Assembly (NCBI GenBank): GCA_963733035.1
Contig: CAVTBU010000005.1
Span: 2,816,001-2,880,000, forward strand
Length of the DNA stretch: 64,000 nt
Source of the DNA: Pirellulales bacterium
Lineage (GTDB): Bacteria > Planctomycetota > Planctomycetia > Pirellulales > PALSA-1355
Reading direction: 5' to 3'
Translations under genes and position numbers: made by a program
Shown: one piece after another, positions 29,180-38,164 of the stretch
How the letters are laid out: every line of letters begins with the position of its first letter
Position numbering within the stretch: position 1 is the stretch's first letter
Notes under the pieces: model-generated
What the model saw: the letters and a program-made list of their open reading frames with translations, nothing else
Told to the model about the DNA's origin: nothing
Database searches by the model: none

Positions 29180-31564
29180 TTAGTTCAGCAGATCGGAGGG
29201 CGAAGTCGCCAAAGCGGCGAACGGCGAAGTGGAGTCCGACTTGGCCGTGGTGGAAAGCTGGTTCGCCGTTTCGACCGCGAAGTTCACGAGGTCGAGCGCA
29301 GGGTCTTCCGTTGGATCCGCGACCATCGCGGCATCGACGGCCATCGGGGACGCCTGAGGCGCGGCCACGGCGAGCTGGGAAACGGCCAGGGGACTAGCCG
29401 TAATCGCCGTAGGCGTCGCCGCCGCAAAGTAGGACGACAGGAACATTCGTAGCGACAGGACGGTAGGGCTTGACGACGGGACCGAAGGCGAGCTCGTAGA
29501 CCCACTGGTGATCAGATTTGAGGATATCAGCGACCGCTGCGAGGCTGCTTCCGTCGGATTGTTTTCCCAGCCGCCCAGCTTGATCGTAGCGTTGGTGAAC
29601 GTGCCGACGCCGATGTCGGATGCCTGTCCGGCCTGGTCGTCGAACGGGAAGCCGTAGTTCAAGCCGTCGATGCTGACATCGCTTTTGTGCAGGAATTGGG
29701 CGTAACGGTTCCAGACCTGGCCATCGGTGTTGTTTTGATAATAGAGACTGGTGTCTTTCCAGGAATTGGTCGGGTCGGTCGTGCTGCCGGAGTAACCTGG
29801 CAGCAAGGCGACGCCTCGATTGAGGGCGGAAACCATCTGATTCTCAAGGTCTGCCAGGACCTTCAACTGGTCGGCGGAATAGCCGGCCGGCCGGTACTTC
29901 TGATCGGCGAAGACGCCGTTGCAGGCAAAAACCATTTCCGAAGGGGACAGCGCGCCGACGTTCGCGCCCGCCTCCCAGGTGGGAGGACTGGTCACGGTTA
30001 GCTTGGGCGTGTAGCCGCCCCAGTAGTAGCGGTTGATTTCGAAGAACGGATAGTAGACGTCGTAGGAAACGCCGCCTGGATCGCCCTGCGCGGTGAACCG
30101 CATGACGTACGCGCCGTTGGTGTCGGTGGTGACCGTGCCCTCGTAAACGGTTCCCGTGCCGTCGGCATTCGAGTAGACCTCGAGTCGATTCGTGCCTGTG
30201 GCGTCCTTGTATTTGGTGAACAGATTGTCGATGGCTTCGTTGAAATTGCTATTGAGCGCAAGATTGGTCACGGAATCGTAGAACACGATTGCGTCCTGCA
30301 CGTGGAACGAGGCGGATGAACCGTCCTGCGCGCGCAAGACATTCCAGGTGGTGGTGCCATCGTGGTTTACGCTCTTCACGCCGGTGACGGTCATGATTTC
30401 CGAGCCGACACGGATGCGGAAGGGGTCTGTGGTCGTGGGCTTGGGCGGAAAGCCGACGGTGTTCTGCACCGTGAGCGTGGTTTGCGAGGCTGTTACGGCG
30501 GGTCCCGCCGTGCTGATCGAGGCACCGTTGACGTGCGGGGCGGCCGATGTTCCATCGACACCCCGCGTGACGGTCCACATGCTCGTGCCGTCATCCAGCT
30601 TCGTGGCCCCGGTGACCGTCATGATTTCCTTGAAGATCCGGATCTTGAACGGATACGCATCGGGAAATGCGCCGGCCGAATAGACGTGGAGTTTGGTCGC
30701 CGTCGCGTCGACGGCCCCCAGGAGCGTCGTCTCGGCATCCACCTTGTTCGTGGCGGACGCGGCCTGAGACAGCACGCCGCTGGGATTGAGAATGCGGTAA
30801 GGACCGTAGTTCGGGTCGGAGGTCGGCCAAATGCAGACCGCGTAGGGATCATTCGCGGCGCTGGTGAAATCCTGGTATTTCTGGATCACCTCGCTGCGGA
30901 GGATGCTGATGCCAACGCCTTCTGGCGGCGTGGGATCGGTTGAATCGACCGTTACCTTGATGGGCACACCGAACTGATCCACGTTCGTGGTATCGATATT
31001 CAGGTTGCCCGTGGGATTATCTGGCGCGTTGAGGCTGAACTCGACAAAGTCGAAGAAGTTCTTGCCCGGCAGCGGCCCGTTGACGCTGCCGTCCGCATTG
31101 ACCGTCAGGTTCAGCGGGGGGGCATTCATCGACGGCGTGTGCAACGAGAAATACATGCGGGCCGAGTCGAGCCCAAAGGACGAACTGCCGAGCGTCTGAG
31201 GCAGATTGATGACGTGCGTGTGGCTGCCTGTCGTCGTCAGATCGTACAAGCGGAACGTGGGAATGATTCGTTGATTGTCGGCATTGAGCGGAATGGACGT
31301 CGTCAGATGCGCGGTGCCACTCGCGTCGAAATAGTAGTATTGCTTGTCGGTGTAATCCTGCGCGTACAAGGCGATGTCGATCTGCGTATCGAGGAACGCG
31401 AGATGTCCGGCCGCATCGACCGTCGTGTTGTTGATGATCGTGAAGGGCGACGTGGTGAATACTTCGCGGCTTTCAAGCGTCTCGAATTGAAGTCGTCGCC
31501 CGTTCCTCCTGAGCGAGGAGTTTGCCGGCCGAGACAGTCTAAATGCTTGGTGCAACAGGGGCAT
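29180..31564 (-). CDS. Exported GH64-like beta-1,3-glucanase with two inserted repeats
   Basis: GGAG RBS and ATG 31564; planctomycete motif RRLQFETLESRE; DFVEFSLN...IDTTNVDQFGVP, RILNP, SALNRGV, NRYAQFLH, YGFPFDD; S/T/A/P-rich tail. Confidence 0.72.
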   Translation of the reverse strand: MPLLHQAFRLSRPANSSLRRNGRRLQFETLESREVFTTSPFTIINNTTVDAAGHLAFLDTQIDIALYAQDYTDKQYYYFDASGTAHLTTSIPLNADNQRIIPTFRLYDLTTTGSHTHVINLPQTLGSSSFGLDSARMYFSLHTPSMNAPPLNLTVNADGSVNGPLPGKNFFDFVEFSLNAPDNPTGNLNIDTTNVDQFGVPIKVTVDSTDPTPPEGVGISILRSEVIQKYQDFTSAANDPYAVCIWPTSDPNYGPYRILNPSGVLSQAASATNKVDAETTLLGAVDATATKLHVYSAGAFPDAYPFKIRIFKEIMTVTGATKLDDGTSMWTVTRGVDGTSAAPHVNGASISTAGPAVTASQTTLTVQNTVGFPPKPTTTDPFRIRVGSEIMTVTGVKSVNHDGTTTWNVLRAQDGSSASFHVQDAIVFYDSVTNLALNSNFNEAIDNLFTKYKDATGTNRLEVYSNADGTGTVYEGTVTTDTNGAYVMRFTAQGDPGGVSYDVYYPFFEINRYYWGGYTPKLTVTSPPTWEAGANVGALSPSEMVFACNGVFADQKYRPAGYSADQLKVLADLENQMVSALNRGVALLPGYSGSTTDPTNSWKDTSLYYQNNTDGQVWNRYAQFLHKSDVSIDGLNYGFPFDDQAGQASDIGVGTFTNATIKLGGWENNPTEAASQRSLISSNLITSGSTSSPSVPSSSPTVLSLRMFLSSYFAAATPTAITASPLAVSQLAVAAPQASPMAVDAAMVADPTEDPALDLVNFAVETANQLSTTAKSDSTSPFAALATSPSDLLN

Positions 31565-32041
31565 CGAAGTTATCTCCAACAAGCGTTGCCTGGTCGCTCG
31601 CCGTGACGACGTTGCATCCAGCCGGCACGTTGCGACGGGAATCGTCACCAGGTGACCGAGGGTTCGGTGGCCGCTGCTGGCGGCGGGGGCGGGGGTGGTG
31701 ATGTAGGGCTTGGCGGGAAAATGCTCGTTATTCGATTTATCGGATGCATCCCCCCCGCGGCGAGACTTAATCCGACCGAAGCACCCCAAGTCAATGTGCA
31801 AGCAGACCGTTCATCGCGCGGCCGAGACCGTGCTAGCTTCCGATCGCCTTGCACTGACGTTTCGCCGAGCCGCACTGTATATCGACGGTCGCGAAGTGCG
31901 GCGGCCGTTCGGCGCACGCGGCGCGCCATTGCAAACGGGTTTGACGCGAGACGCGATATGCGCAGACGGTTGCCGCAGGGAAATGTGGCGGCGTCTTCGA
32001 TTCACCGGATTGCTAGCACTGCCGCGCCGGGCCGGCGATTG

Positions 32042-32989
32042 CTACGTTGCGAGCGGCGGATAAAGGGCGTAGCCGCTGATGCTCGTCTCGACGCAGAACA
32101 AGGTCTTGCCGGCGGTGATATACAAGGTCTTCATTTCCGGGCCGGCGAAGGCCAGATTGGTGATCACGTCTTCGGGAATCGGAATGCGGCCGAGCAGCTG
32201 GCCCTCGGGTGAGATGACGTAGACCCCGGTTTTGACGGCGGTAGTTTCATGTGGGTTGCGTGTCTTGAGAACGCCGGCGGCCACCCACAGGTTGCCCTGG
32301 CGGTCGAGCCGCATGCCGTCGCCGCCGCGGCCTTGGCCGAAATCGAAAACGAGCCGTTGGCCACGGAGCGACCCGTCGTCGGCCACGTCGAAAGCCCAGA
32401 TCTTACGATTGCCGCCGGCGACGTTGTGGCTGTCGATCACATACAGCGTGCGATCGTCGGGCGTGATCGCCAGGCCATTCGGCCGGCCGATATCAGGCTG
32501 CGAGAGCACGCGGCGCACGTTGGCGCCGTCGATGCAATACACGGCCTCGCAGCCCATCTCCAGGCTGTCGGTCTCGGTCCAGTAGTACGGGTCGGTGAAC
32601 CAGATGCGCCCACGGGTATCGACGCAGACGTCGTTGGGCGCGTTGTACCGCTTTCCCTCGAAGCGTTCGGTGAGCACTTCGACCTGGCCGGTCGACAGAT
32701 CGGTGCGCACCAGGCGCCGCCGGCCGCCGGGGCCAAACTCGGCCCCTTCGCAACTGATCAGCCGCCCCTGGGCGTCGAAGGTGTTGCCGTTCGTGCGGCC
32801 GCTGTCGGCGCGGAACACCGAAACCAGTCCGTCAGTGCCCAGCTTGAGAATGCGATTACCGGCAATGTCGCTGAAATACAAATCGCCGCTGGCATGCCAG
32901 GCGGGGCCTTCGAGAAAGCAGACGCCAGCCGCGGTACGAGCTTTCGTATTTGCGGGCACCAAACCAACGGGCAAGTCGACATCGAACAT
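32042..32989 (-). CDS. SMP-30/gluconolactonase family protein (no signal peptide)
   Basis: FLEGPAW, FSDI, TNG, YNAPND, PNGLAITPD, GDGMRLD. Confidence 0.92.
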   Translation of the reverse strand: MFDVDLPVGLVPANTKARTAAGVCFLEGPAWHASGDLYFSDIAGNRILKLGTDGLVSVFRADSGRTNGNTFDAQGRLISCEGAEFGPGGRRRLVRTDLSTGQVEVLTERFEGKRYNAPNDVCVDTRGRIWFTDPYYWTETDSLEMGCEAVYCIDGANVRRVLSQPDIGRPNGLAITPDDRTLYVIDSHNVAGGNRKIWAFDVADDGSLRGQRLVFDFGQGRGGDGMRLDRQGNLWVAAGVLKTRNPHETTAVKTGVYVISPEGQLLGRIPIPEDVITNLAFAGPEMKTLYITAGKTLFCVETSISGYALYPPLAT

Positions 32990-33278
32990 GGAAACTACCT
33001 CCGCTTGCGATTCCCACGAAAGCTACATCCTAACGGTCTGCGCCGCCAAGAACAGCAGCTGGAACCGCGCGAAGACGAAGCTCCGCCGATCGTGAGGCGG
33101 GTTCCCAAGACGCGCCGGTACAACGTGGCAACGTGTGGCGCGGAGCGTGCTTGCGCCTTTCCGTATCGCCATCCACCGAGGCGCGTCGGGTGTTTGCTGT
33201 CGAGCGGCGTGGCGACGTGTTAAGATATTAAGGGCTGTTTTTGCCCGTGGCATTCGTCGTGGAGTTTTCGGGTTCGGC

Positions 33279-33920
33279 ATGGCACACGCAACCTCTTCCG
33301 ATCAACTGCTCGTCGTGCGCATTCGAGGCGGCGAGGCGGATGCGTGGAACGAGCTCATCGCTCGCTTCGAAGGTCGGCTGCTGGCGTTTGTCGAGGGGCG
33401 TCTGGGTCGGCGCAGTGCCGGCGAGGATGTCGTGCAGGAAACCTTTCTGGGCTTTCTCAACAGCTTGCCGAACTTCGAGGACTCGCGCCCCTTGGAAAGC
33501 TACTTGTTTTCGATTGCCGCGCACAAGCTGACCGATCACTTGCGCCGCGAAGGACGGCGGCCAACGTTGCCGCTGGCCACCGGTTCGAGCGGGGCCGATT
33601 GGGAGCCGCCGGCGGGCGGTCGGGCCGTTTCGAGCATCATGCGCAGCGGCGAACGGCGAGGACTTGAAGAAGCCGCACTGTTGCAAGCACTCAGTGAGCA
33701 ACTCGATCGATTGCGCGGCAAGCGCGAATGGAAGAAGATGGCCTGCCTGGAATTGCTATTCGTGCGCGGCTGGGCCAATCGCGACGTGGCCACGCAGCTC
33801 GACATGTCCGAACAGCAGGTGGCCAACTTCAAGTTCGAGTTTGTTGCCCGGCTTCGCACGCTGGTCCGCAAACAGGGGCTGTCGGAAGACGTGTTTCCGG
33901 AGTTGCACGACAACGCATAG
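33279..33920 (+). CDS. ECF RNA polymerase sigma factor
   Basis: AWNELIARFEGRL, EDVVQETF, YLFSIAAHKLTDHLRR; region-4 HTH (NRDVATQLDMSEQQV). Confidence 0.88.
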   Translation: MAHATSSDQLLVVRIRGGEADAWNELIARFEGRLLAFVEGRLGRRSAGEDVVQETFLGFLNSLPNFEDSRPLESYLFSIAAHKLTDHLRREGRRPTLPLATGSSGADWEPPAGGRAVSSIMRSGERRGLEEAALLQALSEQLDRLRGKREWKKMACLELLFVRGWANRDVATQLDMSEQQVANFKFEFVARLRTLVRKQGLSEDVFPELHDNA

Positions 33921-33926
33921 CGGACG

Positions 33927-34334
33927 ATGGCGAAATCATTCACACATTCCGATCTGGAAGCCTATCTTGACGAGGCGCTGCCGGTGGAAACCATGGCACG
34001 CATCGAAACCGCCTTGCGCGACGACAAGAAGCTGGCCGAGCAGCTGATGAAGATCAACAGCCGCCGCGACGCAGGCCTGCACTCGCTGGGTGAAGTCTGG
34101 CGCCGCCACCGGCTCACTTGCCCGTCGCGCGAGCAGCTTGGCAGTTTGCTGCTCTCGGTGCTCGAAGACGACGTGGCCGAATACATTCGCTTCCACTTGG
34201 AAGTGTCGGGCTGCCGCACTTGTCGAGCCAATCTGGACGACCTGAAGATGCGGCAAACCGACGAAGCGGCAGCCGTGGAAAGCCGACGGAAGAAGTATTT
34301 TCAATCGAGCGCGGGGCACCTGCGGCGGCCGTGA
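33927..34334 (+). CDS. Putative soluble zinc-finger anti-sigma factor
   Basis: LEAYLDEALP and CPSREQLG...FHLEVSGCRTC; 6 nt after the sigma gene; no TM helix. Confidence 0.7.
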   Translation: MAKSFTHSDLEAYLDEALPVETMARIETALRDDKKLAEQLMKINSRRDAGLHSLGEVWRRHRLTCPSREQLGSLLLSVLEDDVAEYIRFHLEVSGCRTCRANLDDLKMRQTDEAAAVESRRKKYFQSSAGHLRRP

Positions 34335-34452
34335 GCCGTCCGTTGGAGCCAGAAAGGTGATCGGTCAGGGCGACTTGCTGTGACCGGCGCGGCAGGCGAG
34401 AATGTAGCCCGTTGTTTTGCACCTTGAATCGCCCCGCAGCCCCCATGATGCC

Positions 34453-36824
34453 ATGTCTATTTCCGCGCCCTGCGCTTGCTCTTGTTCGTTGTTACCTTCG
34501 TTGGACTCTCCCGCTGTTGTGCCGCTCTTGATTTGACGCAGGCCGTGGTTGTCGCTCCGGAGGGGCTGTCGCCCCGCGAGCACAAGGCCGTGGCGATGCT
34601 GGTCGAAGAGGTTGAGAAGCGATCGCACGTGCGTTGGCCAATAGCGACGACCATGCCCGGCGACGCCAAGGCGGTGGTCCGCATTGTGCCGGCGGGTGGG
34701 CGTGAGGTGCCGGTCGAAAAGGCCGAAGGCTTTCAGGTCCGAGTGCGCGACGGACAAGTTGTGGTTTCAGGAAACGACGAGCGCGGCACGCTGTTTGGCG
34801 TTGGTTACCTGTTGCGAAAGCTGCACCTGACGCCAGACAAGGTCGCGCTTGCCGACGAGCTCGAGATTGACACGGCGCCAGCCTATCCATTGCGTGGGCA
34901 TCAGCTGGGCTACCGGCCGAAGACGAACAGCTACGACGCCTGGGATCTGCCGCAGTGGGAGCAGTACTATCGCGACCTGGCGGTGTTCGGCTGTAACGCC
35001 GTGGAGCTGATTCCGCCGCGCAGCGACGACGCGGCCACCAGTCCCCATTTTCCACGACCCCAGTTGGAAATGATGCGGGGAATGTCGCGGCTGGCCGACG
35101 AGTACGGACTGGACGTGTGGATCTGGTATCCGGCGATGGACAAGGACTACGAGAATCCGGCCACCGTGGACTTCGCGCTCAAGGAATGGGAAGTCGTTTA
35201 CAAGGCGTTGCCGCGGATCGATGTGATCTTCGTGCCGGGCGGTGATCCGGGGCACACGCAGCCGAAGTACTTGTTCGGTTTGCTCGAGAAACAAACGGCG
35301 CTTTTGAAGAAGTATCATCCGCACGCGCAGATGTGGATGTCGCCGCAGGGGTTTACCACCGAGTGGGTGGAGGAGTTCTACGGCTTGATGGACGAGGAGC
35401 CCGAGTGGCTGAGCGGGATCGTATTTGGCCCGCAGGTTCGCGCGAGCTTGCCGGCGCTGCGCGAGCGGCTGCCGAAGAAATATCCAATTCGCCATTATCC
35501 AGACATCACCCACAGCCGGCAGAGCCAGTATCCGGTGCCGGATTGGGACCTGGCACACGCCGTGACATCGTCGCGCGAGGCGATCAACCCGCGTCCGACG
35601 CAAGAGGCGGCGATCTTTCGCTTACTGCAGCCCTACACGATCGGCTTCCTCACCTATTCCGAGGGCTGCAACGACGATGTGAACAAGTTCGTGTGGAGCG
35701 GCCTGGGCTGGGACCCCGAAATGCCGGTGGTCGACATCCTGCGAGATTTTGGGGGGTACTTCATCGCCGACGATTATGCCGACGATTTTGCCCAGGGGTT
35801 ATTGGCGCTGGAGCGCAACTGGACCGGCTCGTTGCTGACGAACGAGAACGTATACGTCACGCTCGAACAGTTTCAGGACATGGAGCGGGGTGCCTCGCAG
35901 GCCATGAAGAAGAATTGGCGCTTCCAACAGGCGCTGTATCGCGCGTACTACGACGCCTACGTGCGCGCCCGACTGATTCACGAGACGAATCTCGAGCAGC
36001 GGGCGCTCGACCGGCTGCGGCTGGCCGACCAAGGCGGGGCGCTGGCGGCGATGGACGACGCCGAGAAGATATTGGCCGAGGCCGACCAGCCCATCGCCAC
36101 CGATTGGCGCAAGCGGGTGTTTGAACTGGCGGACGATTTGTTTGCGAGCATTCAGATGCAAACTAGTGTCGGCAAATACAAAGCCATTTCAGTCGACCGC
36201 GGTGCGACGCTCGACACGGTTGACGTGCCACTGAACAATCGCCAGTGGCTCGAACAGCGTTTCGCCGTGCTCCGCCAGACATCGGTCGAGTCCGAACGCC
36301 TCGAAGGGCTCAACGAAATCGTCAACTGGACCGACCCTGGCCCGGGAGGCTTTTACGACGACCTGGGCAAGCTCGACAGTCAGCCCCACCTGGTGCGCGG
36401 GCCGGGATTTGAGAAAGATCCTGCGTTTCTCATTTCGGCCAAGACGGGTTTTGCCGGTTTCGGCCCGATGCGGACGAGTTGGAAGGACCACGCCGAAACG
36501 ATGCTCGACGAGCCTTTGCGGATGCACTACGACGGGCTTGACCCGGCGGCCAGCTATCGGCTGCGCGTTACCTACGGAGGCGACGGGTCCGAGAAACCGA
36601 TCCGCTGCCTGGCCGGAGAATCGATCGAGATCCATCCGTATATCACCAAGAAGCGGCCGGTCGGCCCGGTCGAGTTCGACATTCCCCGCGAGGCAACGCA
36701 AAGCGGAGAGTTGAATCTGAGCTGGCATGGCCCCAAGGGGCGCGGCGGCAACGGGCGGAACGTACAGGTCTCCGAGGTGTGGCTCATCAAGAAGGATGAC
36801 GGCGGAGGGATGAAAGATGGGTAA
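34453..36824 (+). CDS. Large secreted protein with GH20/GH67-type N-terminal domain (putative glycoside hydrolase)
   Basis: EGFQV...VVSGNDERGTLFGVGYLLR...PAYPLRGH. ORF track starts at TTG 34476; ATG 34453 fits if one C is missing near 34462. Confidence 0.7.
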
Positions 36825-38160
36825 CAGCCTGGGCAAGCTTCTCTTGGCGATTGCCATGCTGGCGGTGTTCGTCCCGTGTTGCCGAGCAGACGATCTGCTG
36901 GTGGGCGCGGCGGCCGAGAATATTCAGGCCGACGACTCGATGGTGATCGGCGGCGGCATCGGACCCGGTAAAGCCACCGGACAGGAGGGGGAACTGCGCG
37001 CCGTGGCCATCGTTGTCGAAAAGCCGGACGCGGGCAAGGTGGCGATCGTGGCTTGCGATGTGCTTTTTGTCGAAAAGGATTTCATCGATCGGGCCCTCGC
37101 GCGGATCGAAAAGTCGACGGGCATTCCGGCATCGGCCGTTCTGGTGAACGCCACGCACACCCATCATGCCCCCACCACCTCGACCGTGCATGGGTATGAG
37201 CGCGAAGAGGAGTTTGTGCGGCGGGTGGAAGACGCCATTGTGCTGGCGGTTGAGGCGGCCAACGGCCAGCGAGAAGACGCCGCGATGTTCTACAAGCTTG
37301 GCGAGGAAGCCACGGTCGGGGCGAACAGCCGAGTGCTCCTTGCCGACAATACGATTTTTTGGATCGGCTCGATGGATGACGCCGTGCGGCATACCGGACC
37401 GTTCGATCCCGAGCTGCCCGTGCTCGCGTTTCGCGCGCCGAACAATAAGCTGCGGGCGCTGCTGTTCAATCATTCGACGCACACCATCGGCACGCGCAAG
37501 CCGGGGGTGCGATCACCCAGCTTCTACGGCCTGGCGGCCCAGGAATTGGAAGCGGAGTTGGGCTGCCCCGTCGAGTTTCTGGAAGGGGCGTCGGGCTCGA
37601 CGCATAACATCACGGGAGTGCCAGTCGATGTGGCAGTCGCGCGGATGAAGAAGGCCGTGACGGATGCCTTGGCCACGACTCAGCGGCAAGAAGTCGATCG
37701 CGTCGTGTCGATCAAGCGCCCCTTCGAGTTCAAGGTCCGCACGTTCGACGAGTCCGTCGAGGACGAGAAGGTTTCCAGCTATTGCCGCAAGCGGGCTGCC
37801 GATCATGCCGATGCGATCATCGAGGTGTTCCGCAACATGCGCCGCAAGCTCAAGCCCGAGCAGGGAAAGACCCGCGAGACGGTATTGCAGGCAATTGTGC
37901 TGGGGGATGTGGCGATCGTGGGCGTGCCGGCCGAGTACTTCACGATCTTTGGCTTGGACATCAAACGCCGCTCGCCGTTTCCGCATACGATTGTGGCCGA
38001 GCTGGCGAACGATTGGATTGGTTACCTGCCGAATCTGGAGGCGCACCAGTTCGGCGGCTATCAAACCTGGATGGGATTGCACAGCTATGCCGAACAAGGG
38101 ACGGGCGAACGCATGGCTGATGAAGTGGTGAAAATGCTCGAAGAGTTGGCCGGACACTGA
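36817..38160 (+). CDS. Neutral/alkaline ceramidase-like amidohydrolase
   Basis: Signal peptide; ATHTHHAP, FLEGASG, VPAEYF, ELANDWIGYLP; overlaps the upstream stop. Confidence 0.8.
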   Translation: MGNSLGKLLLAIAMLAVFVPCCRADDLLVGAAAENIQADDSMVIGGGIGPGKATGQEGELRAVAIVVEKPDAGKVAIVACDVLFVEKDFIDRALARIEKSTGIPASAVLVNATHTHHAPTTSTVHGYEREEEFVRRVEDAIVLAVEAANGQREDAAMFYKLGEEATVGANSRVLLADNTIFWIGSMDDAVRHTGPFDPELPVLAFRAPNNKLRALLFNHSTHTIGTRKPGVRSPSFYGLAAQELEAELGCPVEFLEGASGSTHNITGVPVDVAVARMKKAVTDALATTQRQEVDRVVSIKRPFEFKVRTFDESVEDEKVSSYCRKRAADHADAIIEVFRNMRRKLKPEQGKTRETVLQAIVLGDVAIVGVPAEYFTIFGLDIKRRSPFPHTIVAELANDWIGYLPNLEAHQFGGYQTWMGLHSYAEQGTGERMADEVVKMLEELAGH

Positions 38161-38164
38161 TGTC

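Noticed and set aside
31565..32041. 79-aa N-terminal extension of the GH64-like ORF and a G-rich tract
   Set aside because: ATG 31564 has an RBS and precedes the export motif; the upstream sequence looks non-coding, with no recognisable riboswitch.
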